From Lutibacter sp. (GTDB taxonomy: Bacteria; Bacteroidota; Bacteroidia; Flavobacteriales; Flavobacteriaceae), in assembly GCF_033723435.1 (NCBI RefSeq), contig NZ_JAWVXC010000001.1:91754-155753 (forward strand): a stretch of 64,000 nucleotides of DNA. Reading direction: 5' to 3'. Made by a program: the position numbers and the translations under genes. Positions within the stretch are counted from its first letter, which is position 1, and each line of letters begins with the position of its first letter. The notes beneath the pieces were generated by a model. The model had not been told where the DNA came from. It did not search any database and saw nothing but the letters and a program-made list of their open reading frames with translations. Positions 17,951 through 27,524 of this stretch are shown here, piece by piece.

Positions 17951-18304
17951 ATGGCAATAATAATAACCGATGAATGTATAAATTGTGGTGCTTGTGAATC
18001 GGAATGTCCAAATAACGCCATTTATGAGCCATCGGAAAATTGGAAATTATCAGAAGGAACTTATTTAACAGGAGTTGTTGTATTGCCAAATGGGAAAAAG
18101 TTAAAAGCAGAAGAAGATCAAGAGCCGGTAGAGGATGATTATTTTTATATTGTTTCGGATAAATGTACTGAATGTAAAGGGTTTTTCAATGAGCCACAGT
18201 GCGCAGCAGTTTGTCCTGTAGATTGTTGTGTGCCTGATGAAAATCATATAGAATCGGAAGAAGAATTATTGACGAAAAAAAGATTTTTATATAATGAAGA
18301 TTAA
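17951..18304 (+). CDS. 4Fe-4S dicluster ferredoxin
   Basis: 117 aa. First cluster motif CINCGACESECP. Second motif CTEC-x8-CAAVCPVDCC, separated from the first by an insert of about 45 aa. Confidence 0.85.
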   Translation: MAIIITDECINCGACESECPNNAIYEPSENWKLSEGTYLTGVVVLPNGKKLKAEEDQEPVEDDYFYIVSDKCTECKGFFNEPQCAAVCPVDCCVPDENHIESEEELLTKKRFLYNED

Positions 18305-18362
18305 ATTTTAATTTCTTTTAAAAACCAATTAACCTAACTTATTTTATATTAAAAGGAAATAC

Positions 18363-18370
18363 TATATTTG
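18363..18370 (+). promoter_or_regulatory. -7 promoter motif TATATTTG
   Basis: Exact TAnnTTTG, 20 nt upstream of the ychF ATG. Confidence 0.45.
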
Positions 18371-18389
18371 CACCGCTAAAAAATAATAT

Positions 18390-19484
18390 ATGAAAGCTGG
18401 AATTGTAGGATTACCAAACGTTGGAAAATCAACCTTATTTAACTGTTTATCAAACGCAAAAGCGCAAAGTGCAAACTTTCCATTCTGTACTATTGAACCA
18501 AATATTGGAGTAGTAAATGTACCAGATAATAGATTAGCTGTATTAGAAAAATTGGTTAACCCTGAACGAGTTTTGCCCGCAACTGTTGATATTGTTGATA
18601 TTGCAGGTTTAGTTCGTGGCGCTAGTAAAGGAGAAGGATTAGGAAATCAATTTTTAGGAAATATTAGAGAAACAGATGCTATTATTCACGTTTTACGTTG
18701 TTTTGAAAATGATAATATAGTTCATGTAGATACTACTATTGATCCAGTTAGAGATAAAGAAACTATTGATTTTGAATTGCAGTTAAAAGATTTAGAATCG
18801 CTTGATAAAAAATTAGAAAGAGTTAAAAAAACTGCACGAACAGGTAATAAAGAAGCTCAAAAAGAATTAGAAGTTCTAGAAAAAGTGAAAACAGGTTTAG
18901 AATCTGCTATTTCAGTAAGAGCAATTGAGCTTACTGAAAAAGAAAGAGAAGAATACGTAAAGCCTTTACAATTACTTACGGATAAACCAGTATTATATGT
19001 TTGTAATGTAGATGAAAAATCTGCGGTAAGCGGAAATAAATTTGTAGATGCCGTTAAGGATTCTATTAAAAATGAAAATGCTGAAATTATAGTGTTAGCA
19101 GTAGCTACAGAAGCAGATATAAACGAATTAGAATCTTTTGAAGAACGTCAATTGTTTTTAGAAGATTTAGGCTTAGAAGAAGCAGGTGCATCTGTTTTAA
19201 TTAGAGCAGCATATAAATTATTAAATCAACAAACCTATTTTACTGCTGGAGTTAAAGAAGTTAGAGCTTGGACCATTAATATTGGAGATACAGCTCCACA
19301 AGCAGCAGGAGTTATCCATACAGATTTTGAAAAAGGATTTATTAGAGCCGAAGTTATAGCTTATAATGATTTTGTTCATTATGGAAGTGAAGCCAAAGTT
19401 AAAGAAGCTGGTAAAATGAGAGTGGAAGGTAAAGAATATGTGGTTAAAGATGGAGATGTTATGCATTTTAGATTTAACGTTTAA
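18390..19484 (+). CDS. ychF: Redox-regulated ribosome-binding ATPase YchF
   Basis: 364 aa. G1 motif GLPNVGKST, then DIAGLVRGAS, and a C-terminal TGS-like domain. Confidence 0.95.
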   Translation: MKAGIVGLPNVGKSTLFNCLSNAKAQSANFPFCTIEPNIGVVNVPDNRLAVLEKLVNPERVLPATVDIVDIAGLVRGASKGEGLGNQFLGNIRETDAIIHVLRCFENDNIVHVDTTIDPVRDKETIDFELQLKDLESLDKKLERVKKTARTGNKEAQKELEVLEKVKTGLESAISVRAIELTEKEREEYVKPLQLLTDKPVLYVCNVDEKSAVSGNKFVDAVKDSIKNENAEIIVLAVATEADINELESFEERQLFLEDLGLEEAGASVLIRAAYKLLNQQTYFTAGVKEVRAWTINIGDTAPQAAGVIHTDFEKGFIRAEVIAYNDFVHYGSEAKVKEAGKMRVEGKEYVVKDGDVMHFRFNV

Positions 19485-19509
19485 CGGAATTATAAAATAA
19501 AAGATATTA

Positions 19510-19547
19510 AAAAGTCTGTTAATAACTATTTTAACAGACTTTTTTTT
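19510..19547 (+). terminator. Intrinsic terminator
   Basis: Hairpin AAAGTCTGTTAA-taactatt-TTAACAGACTTT is followed by T7. Confidence 0.8.
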
Positions 19548-19603
19548 ATATTTTCAAGCAAAATAGTACTTTAGCATCGCTTCAAAAAATTTTACAAAAA
19601 TAT

Positions 19604-21460
19604 ATGGCATCGCAAACATCTTATACTGAAGATAATATTCGTTCATTAGATTGGAAAGAACATATTAGAACTCGTCCTGGAATGTATATTGGTAAGTTGG
19701 GAGATGGTTCTTCACCAGATGATGGAATTTATATACTTATTAAGGAAGTATTAGATAATTCTATTGACGAATTTGTGATGGGAGCTGGTAAAAAAATTGA
19801 AATTACCGTTAAAGATGATCTAGTTACTATAAGAGATTATGGTAGAGGAATTCCACTTGGAAAGGTAGTAGATGTGGTTTCTAAAATGAATACAGGTGGA
19901 AAGTACGATTCTAGAGCATTTAAAAAATCAGTAGGGTTAAATGGAGTTGGTACCAAAGCGGTTAACGCACTTTCTTCATTTTTTAAAGTAGAATCGTTTA
20001 GAGAAGGTAAAACTGTAATTGCTGAATTTGCTAAAGGAGAATTAACTATTCACCAAAACCCTGAAAATTCTAACCAACGTAACGGAACAAAGGTTTCCTT
20101 TACGCCAGATAAAACCATTTTTACAAAATATAAATTCAGGAATGAATACATTGTAAAAATGATTAAAAATTATGTGTATTTAAACACAGGATTAAACATA
20201 CATTTTAATGGTGAAAAATATTTTTCTGAAAATGGATTAAAAGATTTATTAGAAGAAAATATTGCAGATGAATCTATGTTATTTCCAATTATTCATTTAC
20301 AGGGAGAAGATATTGAGGTAGCTATAACTTTCAGTAAAGCTCAATATAGTGAAGAATATCATTCATTTGTAAACGGACAGCATACAACACAAGGCGGAAC
20401 ACATCAAAATGCATTTAGAGAAGCAGTTGTAAAAACAATTCGCGATTATTTTGGTAAAAATTATGAATCTTCGGATGTTAGAAAATCCATTGTTTCCGCT
20501 ATTAGTGTAAAAGTAATGGAACCAGTTTTTGAAAGCCAAACTAAAACAAAATTAGGTTCTACAGAAATGGGAGGCGGTTTACCAACTGTTAGAACGTTTA
20601 TTGGAGATTTTGTTAAAACTAAATTAGATAATTATCTTCATAAAAATCCTGATGTAGCTGAAAAAATTCAAAAAAAAATACTTCAAGCAGAAAAAGAGAG
20701 AAAAGATTTATCTGGAATTAGAAAGTTAGCACGAGAACGAGCTAAAAAAGCTAGTTTGCACAATAAAAAATTACGCGATTGTAGAGTTCATTTAAATAAT
20801 TTAAAAGATGATAATCGATTAGAAAGTACTTTATTTATTACGGAGGGAGATTCAGCAAGTGGTTCAATTACTAAATCAAGAAATGTAAATACTCAAGCAG
20901 TGTTTAGTTTACGTGGTAAACCCCTGAATTCATACAATATGAGTAAAAAAATTGTGTATGAAAATGAAGAGTTTAATTTATTACAGGCTGCTTTAAATAT
21001 TGAAGAGTCAATAGAAGATTTGCGCTACAATAATATTGTAATTGCTACCGATGCGGATGTAGATGGTATGCATATTCGATTATTATTAATTACTTTCTTT
21101 TTACAATTTTTTCCAGAGCTAATAAAACAAGGACATTTATATATTTTAGACACTCCATTATTTAGGGTTCGTGATAAAAAACAAACATTTTACTGCTATT
21201 CTGAAGATGAAAAGAAAGATGCAATTAAAAACTTAAAAGGAAAACCTGAAATAACTAGATTTAAAGGTTTAGGTGAAATTTCCCCAGATGAGTTTGTTCA
21301 TTTTATAGGAAATGATATTAGATTAGATCCAGTGATGTTAGATAAAGAAATGTCTATTGATAAATTATTAGAGTTTTATATGGGAAAAAACACTCCAGAT
21401 AGACAAAAATTTATCATTGAAAATTTAAAAGTTGAATTAGATATTGTAGAAGAAGCATAA
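19604..21460 (+). CDS. parE: DNA topoisomerase IV subunit B (type IIA topoisomerase ATPase subunit)
   Basis: 618 aa. GHKL ATPase motifs ([15 protein letters not shown]), Toprim EGDSA and the DADVDG motif. Shorter than typical GyrB and paired with the ParC-like gene. Confidence 0.85.
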   Translation: MASQTSYTEDNIRSLDWKEHIRTRPGMYIGKLGDGSSPDDGIYILIKEVLDNSIDEFVMGAGKKIEITVKDDLVTIRDYGRGIPLGKVVDVVSKMNTGGKYDSRAFKKSVGLNGVGTKAVNALSSFFKVESFREGKTVIAEFAKGELTIHQNPENSNQRNGTKVSFTPDKTIFTKYKFRNEYIVKMIKNYVYLNTGLNIHFNGEKYFSENGLKDLLEENIADESMLFPIIHLQGEDIEVAITFSKAQYSEEYHSFVNGQHTTQGGTHQNAFREAVVKTIRDYFGKNYESSDVRKSIVSAISVKVMEPVFESQTKTKLGSTEMGGGLPTVRTFIGDFVKTKLDNYLHKNPDVAEKIQKKILQAEKERKDLSGIRKLARERAKKASLHNKKLRDCRVHLNNLKDDNRLESTLFITEGDSASGSITKSRNVNTQAVFSLRGKPLNSYNMSKKIVYENEEFNLLQAALNIEESIEDLRYNNIVIATDADVDGMHIRLLLITFFLQFFPELIKQGHLYILDTPLFRVRDKKQTFYCYSEDEKKDAIKNLKGKPEITRFKGLGEISPDEFVHFIGNDIRLDPVMLDKEMSIDKLLEFYMGKNTPDRQKFIIENLKVELDIVEEA

Positions 21461-21461
21461 C

Positions 21462-24098
21462 ATGCAAGAAGAAAACAACGAAGCCATTAACGAAAATTTT
21501 GAGAATCAGGAAACCATAACCAAAGTTACAGGAATGTATAAAAATTGGTTTTTGGATTATGCATCGTATGTAATTTTAGAACGTGCCGTTCCTGCAATTA
21601 AAGATGGGTTTAAGCCAGTACAGCGTAGAATTTTACATTCTATGAAAGACTTGGATGATGGAAGATATAATAAAGTTGCTAATATTGTAGGACATACAAT
21701 GCAATATCATCCTCATGGCGATGCTTCTATTGCTGATGCTATGGTGCAAATTGGGCAAAAAGAATTGCTAATTGATATGCAAGGTAACTGGGGAAATATT
21801 TTAACCGGCGATCGTGCTGCAGCTTCAAGATATATTGAAGCACGTTTATCTAAATTTGCGCTAGAAGTTGTATTTAATCCTAAAACTACAGAATGGCAAG
21901 CTTCTTATGATGGAAGAAGAAAAGAACCAATTGATTTGCCAGTAAAGTTTCCAATGTTACTTGCGCAAGGAGCAGAAGGAATTGCAGTTGGACTTTCTAC
22001 AAAAATTTTACCACATAACTTTAACGAATTAATTGATGCATCAGTTAGGTATTTAAAAGGAAGGAGTTTTACTTTAGTTCCAGATTTTTTAACAGGAGGA
22101 ATTGCGGATGTTTCTAATTATAATGATGGAAAACGAGGTAGTAGAATTAGAGTTAGAGCAAAAATTTCTCAATTAGATAAAAAAACATTAGTTATTAATG
22201 AAATTCCTTTTGGAACCACAACTTCATCGTTAATTGATTCTATTCTTAAAGCAAATGAAAAGGGTAAAATTAAAATTAAACGTATTGAAGATAATACAGC
22301 TGCTAATGTTGAAATTTTAGTTCATTTACCAAGTGGAATTTCACCTGATAAAACTATGGATGCGTTATATGCATTTACTAGTTGCGAAAATTCAATATCG
22401 CCATTATGTTGTGTAATTGAGGACAATAAACCTGTATTTATTGGTGTTTCTGAAATTTTAAAAATTTCAACCGACCATACTGTAGACCTTTTAAAAAGAG
22501 AGCTTGAAATTCAGTTAAATGAATTAGAAGAACAATGGCATTTTGCTTCTTTAGAACGAATTTTTATTGAAAATAGAATTTATCGTGATATTGAAGAAGA
22601 AGAAACTTGGGAAGGTGTAATTGTAGCAATAGATAAAGGTTTAAAACCACATATTAAACACTTAAAACGTGCTATTACAGAAGAAGATATTGTTAGGTTA
22701 ACAGAAATTAAAATCAAAAAAATATCCAAATTTGATATTGATAAGGCTAAACAATTTATTGAAAGTTTAGAAGATAAAATTGCGGAAGTAAAAGGTTATT
22801 TGGCCAATATAATTGATTTTGCAATTAACTATTTTCAAAATTTAAAGAAAAAATACGGCAAAGGAAAAGAGCGAAAAACAGAGTTACGTTCATTTGACGA
22901 TATTGTCGCTACAAAAGTAGTAATGCGTAATTCTAAATTGTATGTAAATAGAGAAGAAGGCTTTGTTGGAACTTCATTAAAAAGAGATGAATACGTAGCA
23001 GATTGTGCAGATATAGACGACGTAATTATTTTTAGAAAAGATGGTAATATGTTAGTAACAAAAGTAGACACTAAAACTTTTGTTGGGAAAGATATTATTC
23101 ATGTTGCAGTATTTAAAAAGAATGATAAACGTACGGTTTATAACATGATTTATAGAGATGGTAGAGGTGGACCAAGTTATATAAAACGATTTAATGTTAC
23201 TGGAGTTACCAGAGATAAAACATACGATTTAACCAATGGTTCTAAGGCTTCTATAGTTCATTATTTTACTGCAAACCCTAATGGTGAAGCAGAAACAGTT
23301 ACTGTTTACCTGCGTGCAGTTGGCAGCATTAAAAAGTTGAAATGGGATATTGATTTTTCAGAGTTAGCTATTAAAGGAAGAGGAGTTAGAGGAAATAGAG
23401 TAACTAAAAATGCTATTAAAAAAATTGAGTTAAAAGCAGAAGGAGTTTCTACTTTAAAACCTCGTAAAATTTGGTTTGATGATGTAACTGAAAGATTAAA
23501 TGTTGATGGCAGAGGAGAGTTATTAGGGGAATTTAAAGGTGAAGATAGATTATTGATTATCAATCAGAAAGGAATTGTTAAAACTATAAAACCAGAACTA
23601 ACTACTCATTTTGATAGCGATATGATTGTGCTAGAAAAATGGATTCCTGAGAAACCAATTTCAGCTATATATTTTGATGGAGAAAAAGAAAAGTATTACG
23701 TAAAACGTTTTATGATTGACAATCCAAATAAAGAAGAATTATTTGTTTCAGATCATCCAAAATCGCAATTAGAAATTGTAGCAACAGATTATAGACCAAT
23801 GGCTGAAATTCAATTTTCAAAACGTAGTTTAGAGTCGGAAACTATTAATTTTGAGGAGTTTATAGCTGTAAAAGGTATTAAAGCACTTGGTAATCAATTA
23901 ACTTCCGAAAAAATTAAACAGGTTAATTTATTGGACCCTTTACCATATGAGCCATTGAGTGTTGACGAAGTAGAAGTAAATGATGAAGAGGTTGTTGAAA
24001 GTTCAAAAGGTGAAATTGTAAACGAAAAAAACGCAAATAAATCATCTGATAAAAAGGATTTACCTCTAGATGATGATGGTCAAATAACACTATTTTAA
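21462..24098 (+). CDS. parC: DNA topoisomerase IV subunit A
   Basis: 878 aa. Motifs DGFKPVQRRIL and HPHGDASIADAMV, with the active-site region AAASRYIEARL. Starts 1 nt after the parE stop. Confidence 0.85.
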   Translation: MQEENNEAINENFENQETITKVTGMYKNWFLDYASYVILERAVPAIKDGFKPVQRRILHSMKDLDDGRYNKVANIVGHTMQYHPHGDASIADAMVQIGQKELLIDMQGNWGNILTGDRAAASRYIEARLSKFALEVVFNPKTTEWQASYDGRRKEPIDLPVKFPMLLAQGAEGIAVGLSTKILPHNFNELIDASVRYLKGRSFTLVPDFLTGGIADVSNYNDGKRGSRIRVRAKISQLDKKTLVINEIPFGTTTSSLIDSILKANEKGKIKIKRIEDNTAANVEILVHLPSGISPDKTMDALYAFTSCENSISPLCCVIEDNKPVFIGVSEILKISTDHTVDLLKRELEIQLNELEEQWHFASLERIFIENRIYRDIEEEETWEGVIVAIDKGLKPHIKHLKRAITEEDIVRLTEIKIKKISKFDIDKAKQFIESLEDKIAEVKGYLANIIDFAINYFQNLKKKYGKGKERKTELRSFDDIVATKVVMRNSKLYVNREEGFVGTSLKRDEYVADCADIDDVIIFRKDGNMLVTKVDTKTFVGKDIIHVAVFKKNDKRTVYNMIYRDGRGGPSYIKRFNVTGVTRDKTYDLTNGSKASIVHYFTANPNGEAETVTVYLRAVGSIKKLKWDIDFSELAIKGRGVRGNRVTKNAIKKIELKAEGVSTLKPRKIWFDDVTERLNVDGRGELLGEFKGEDRLLIINQKGIVKTIKPELTTHFDSDMIVLEKWIPEKPISAIYFDGEKEKYYVKRFMIDNPNKEELFVSDHPKSQLEIVATDYRPMAEIQFSKRSLESETINFEEFIAVKGIKALGNQLTSEKIKQVNLLDPLPYEPLSVDEVEVNDEEVVESSKGEIVNEKNANKSSDKKDLPLDDDGQITLF

Positions 24099-25241
24099 CC
24101 TCTCAAAAAAAGTGAGTTTATAATTTGGTAATAAGGTTGGGTGAGTAATTTTAATCAAATCTTTTAATACTAAATCTGGATGTGCGGGTGCTAATTCAAA
24201 ATATATTATTCCTCCTGTTGCACCTTTTTTATCAGCATAAGAATATATTTGTTTGGTTTTAAAAGCCTTAAACTTTGAATACAAATCATTTGCATTTTTA
24301 AGTTGTTTTAAGCTAGTATAAAAACTAGGAGAAATCCAAATTTCAGCATCTTTTCCTTTTTCAAAAACATTTTCAATATTTAAGGATAAACTACCTTTTC
24401 CTTTGGTGTTTTTGTACAAATAATCAGAATTTGCATCTGCCAAAAAAGTAGCTTCAAAACTATCTCCAGCTGGTAAATTCCATATATCTTTAAAAAGTCC
24501 GCCTGAAATTACAGTTGGTTTTTTTGTAGCTTCTAAAGCAATAGCTTTAGCGTTTAAATAGTTTTTTTCTATGTTATTAAAAATACTATCAGCTAACTTT
24601 TCTTTATTAAATAGAGCTCCAAAAAATTTAATCCATTCGGCTCTTCCGAGAGGTGTTTCTTCAAACCAATCACCATTAAATATAACAGGAATTCCTAATT
24701 TTTCAATGGTTGTAAACATTTTGTTTGAAGCGTTTAAGGTAAAGCCAACTACAATTTCAGGATGTAAATTCAATAAAAGCTCCGTATTTATTTGCTCTTC
24801 ATTTCCTAAATCTTTAACAAATCCTTCATCTATAAGTTTTCTGGTTTTTTTAGACGAAATGTATTTAGTATTTGGAAAACCAATTAATTTATCTTCTTCA
24901 TTTAATAATTCCAACATTGGTATGTGCGTAGTGCTTGTAACAACTAATGATTTAACTGGAATTTGAATAGAATTAGGTATCTTAGAATTTTTAGATTTTA
25001 CTAATTTAAACTCAAAAACTTCTTTTGAATTAGGATAAGGGGCTTTAATAATTAATTTAGTATAATTTTTAAAGTGTTGAATATCAAAACCTTTTGCGTA
25101 TTTAATGTTGACACTATCAACTATATTATTATCTTCTATTTTGTTTTTAACTGCTGAATTACAACTATTTAATATAAATAGAGCCCCGATAATTATAAAT
25201 ATAAAAGGATATTTAAACTTCATACATTTATTAATTTTCAC
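24090..25241 (-). CDS. Lipoprotein, ABC-transporter substrate-binding protein of the BtuF/siderophore (Peripla_BP_2) type
   Basis: 383 aa with lipobox LNSC. The pattern VKSLVVTSTTHIPMLELL...LIGFP...LLLNLHPEIVVGF is typical of class III binding proteins. Its convergent 3' end overlaps parC by 9 nt. Confidence 0.7.
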   Translation of the reverse strand: MKINKCMKFKYPFIFIIIGALFILNSCNSAVKNKIEDNNIVDSVNIKYAKGFDIQHFKNYTKLIIKAPYPNSKEVFEFKLVKSKNSKIPNSIQIPVKSLVVTSTTHIPMLELLNEEDKLIGFPNTKYISSKKTRKLIDEGFVKDLGNEEQINTELLLNLHPEIVVGFTLNASNKMFTTIEKLGIPVIFNGDWFEETPLGRAEWIKFFGALFNKEKLADSIFNNIEKNYLNAKAIALEATKKPTVISGGLFKDIWNLPAGDSFEATFLADANSDYLYKNTKGKGSLSLNIENVFEKGKDAEIWISPSFYTSLKQLKNANDLYSKFKAFKTKQIYSYADKKGATGGIIYFELAPAHPDLVLKDLIKITHPTLLPNYKLTFFERLK

Positions 25242-25288
25242 AAATGTAGTATTTCCATTTTTAATGTAAATAATCTAATGTAATTAAC

Positions 25289-25296
25289 TATTTTTG
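25289..25296 (+). promoter_or_regulatory. -7 promoter motif TATTTTTG driving the riboswitch leader
   Basis: Exact TAnnTTTG, about 6 nt upstream of the predicted aptamer P1. Confidence 0.45.
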
Positions 25297-25301
25297 TACT
25301 C

Positions 25302-25481
25302 GATTATGGTTCTTATGTTTGATTTCTCAAACAAAGTGAAAAGGGAATTCGGTTAAAATCCGAAGCTGTTCCCGCAACTGTAAGCTGAAGCCGAATATTT
25401 CGGTGATTGTTATACCACTTATACCACTGTTTTAACGGGAAGGTACATAACAATACGCAAGCCAGGAGACCTGCCAAAATC
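25302..25481 (+). promoter_or_regulatory. Cobalamin (B12) riboswitch aptamer
   Basis: Conserved core AAAAGGGAATTCGGTTAAAATCCGAAGCTGTTCCCGCAACTGTAA, then CCACTG...AACGGGAAGG, then the B12 box GCCAGGAGACCTGCC (25461-25475). P1 is GATTATGG (25302-25309) paired with CCAAAATC (25474-25481). Confidence 0.9.
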
Positions 25482-25578
25482 AGATAGTTCAAACTTTCGG
25501 GCGAAAGGTTTGGGTATGGTTTACTATACTTAAAAAATTTTCCTGATTTATTTTATTAATTAAATCAAAAGAAAAAAA

Positions 25579-27486
25579 ATGAAAAAATCATTCATTTATT
25601 ATGTGGTTATTTGTACCATTTTTACAGTAAACACTGTAAATGCACAGCAGGTTAAAGATACGGTTGAGCAGTTGAAAGAAGTAGTGATTACAGCTACAAA
25701 ATTTGCAACTGAAAAAGAAAAAGTGGGTAAAATTATTTATCAAATTTCACCAACTCAAATTGAAAATTCAAAAGGAAAATCAGTAGCAGAAGTTTTAAGC
25801 AATTTTGCAGGAATTGAAATTAATGGAGTAAATAGTTCCGCTAGTAAAAACAAAAGTGTTTACATAAGAGGAGGAAGAGATCGTCAAGTTTTGGTATTGA
25901 TAAATGGAATTCCTGTAAGCGATCCTTCAGGAATTACTACGACTTACGATTTGCGTTTGCTTACTCTAAATCAGGTTGAATCTATTGAAATTATGAATGG
26001 CGCTGCAAGTACTTTGTATGGTTCGGGCGCGGCAACTGGAGTAATTAATATCATCTTAAAAAAATCATCTAGCAAGCCAATTGCTTTAAATTATCAAACT
26101 TCTGCAGGCACTAATAATTCATCAGAAGATACAAAGTTAAATTTACATAACTTTCAACAAAATGTATCTATAAATGGAACTTTAAAAAAGTTCAATTATT
26201 TGGCAACACTCAATACTTCTTTAAACAATGGATTATCTGAAGCAAGTAGTGAAAATAGTGCTACAAGTTTTGAAAAAGATAAATTTTTAACTACAAATTC
26301 TTATATAAATTTTGGTTATGCTGTGGCTTCTAATTTTAAAGTGAATTTGTTTGGAAATTATGACAAAGATAATTATGATTATGACGCAGGAGCCTTTACA
26401 GATTCTAAAATTAATAATGGATTTAACAAACAAATAAGGGTTGGTATTTCTTCTAATTTTGACTATAAAAAAGGAATATTAAAGGCAATAGTTTCTTACA
26501 ATAAAATAGATAGAATGTTTGATAGTTTTAATAGTTGGACTAGCTCTACGGATCATTTTGAGTACACTGGTAAAACTTATTTTATAGATGTAGTTAATAA
26601 TTATAAAATAGCTAAAAGGCTTCAAGTAATTACTGGTTTAACATATCAAGAACAAAAAAATAATACAAATTCACCTTATGGAAATATTGATGAAAATTTA
26701 GCTAATTATACTATTTTTGATATATATACTAATATGATTTACAATTCATTAAGTGGTGTTAATGTAAGTATTGGTACACGTTTAAACAATCATAGTGAAT
26801 ATGGAAATCATTGGGTTTATAATTTTAATCCTTCTTATAATATTACTAAAAATATAAAGCTAATTTCTTCGTATAGTACAGCATTTATTGCGCCAAGTAC
26901 ATACCAACTTTTTTCACAATATGGAAATATTAATTTAAAGCCAGAAGAAAATAAAACTATAGAAGGTGGTTTTGAATTTGAAGTTTTAAATAAAATAGAT
27001 TTTTCTACAGTTTATTTTTATAGAGAAGATAAAAATGCTATTATTTTACCAGATTATATAACTTATTCAAATGCAGTTGATAAAACAAATGCTAAAGGTA
27101 TTGAGGCAAACTTGAAACTAAATGTAATTAAAAAAATTAATTTTAATTTAGGCTATGCTTATACTTTAAAAAGTGATGATATAGATTATATTCCTAAAAA
27201 TAAATTTATGGTAACGTTGGAAACTTCTGCACTTAAAAATACCTATTTATCTTTTCATTTTAAAAATATTTCAAAACGTACTTATTTTGATCAATGGGGA
27301 AGCGGAAGCAATATAAATATTGCTGGTTATAGTTTGGTAGATTTTTATGGAAGTCACAAATTAATTAAAGATAATTTATCACTATTTATTCAGGTTAATA
27401 ATATTTTTAATAAAAATTATATTGAAACTATAGGTTATACAACTAAAGGAAGAAATTTTAAAATTGGGTTAGATTTCAAATTTTAG
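25579..27486 (+). CDS. TonB-dependent receptor, BtuB-like (predicted corrinoid uptake)
   Basis: 635 aa with a signal peptide. Plug motifs (VVITATK, IEIMNGAASTLYGSGAATGVINII) and a terminal aromatic residue (KF). It lies behind the B12 riboswitch. Confidence 0.85.
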   Translation: MKKSFIYYVVICTIFTVNTVNAQQVKDTVEQLKEVVITATKFATEKEKVGKIIYQISPTQIENSKGKSVAEVLSNFAGIEINGVNSSASKNKSVYIRGGRDRQVLVLINGIPVSDPSGITTTYDLRLLTLNQVESIEIMNGAASTLYGSGAATGVINIILKKSSSKPIALNYQTSAGTNNSSEDTKLNLHNFQQNVSINGTLKKFNYLATLNTSLNNGLSEASSENSATSFEKDKFLTTNSYINFGYAVASNFKVNLFGNYDKDNYDYDAGAFTDSKINNGFNKQIRVGISSNFDYKKGILKAIVSYNKIDRMFDSFNSWTSSTDHFEYTGKTYFIDVVNNYKIAKRLQVITGLTYQEQKNNTNSPYGNIDENLANYTIFDIYTNMIYNSLSGVNVSIGTRLNNHSEYGNHWVYNFNPSYNITKNIKLISSYSTAFIAPSTYQLFSQYGNINLKPEENKTIEGGFEFEVLNKIDFSTVYFYREDKNAIILPDYITYSNAVDKTNAKGIEANLKLNVIKKINFNLGYAYTLKSDDIDYIPKNKFMVTLETSALKNTYLSFHFKNISKRTYFDQWGSGSNINIAGYSLVDFYGSHKLIKDNLSLFIQVNNIFNKNYIETIGYTTKGRNFKIGLDFKF

Positions 27487-27493
27487 CATAATT

Positions 27494-27524
27494 AAAAGCT
27501 GGCAAATTTTGTCAGCTTTTAAAT
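27494..27524. terminator. Bidirectional terminator hairpin
   Basis: Hairpin AAAAGCTGGC-aaatttt-GTCAGCTTTT, A/T flanked. It overlaps the stop of the minus-strand gene. Confidence 0.7.

Noticed and set aside
17905-18021. N-terminal 39-codon extension of the LuxC-like ORF (MALFGHSDSQAPQF...)
   Set aside because: It overlaps the ferredoxin start codon and promoter on the other strand and has non-protein-like composition. The family-typical N-terminus MNLEERIQSF begins at 17904.
24571-24966. 131-aa plus-strand ORF, the longest shadow ORF
   Set aside because: It is entirely antisense to the BtuF-like lipoprotein gene. It has no recognisable motifs, and the region between parC and the riboswitch is already explained.
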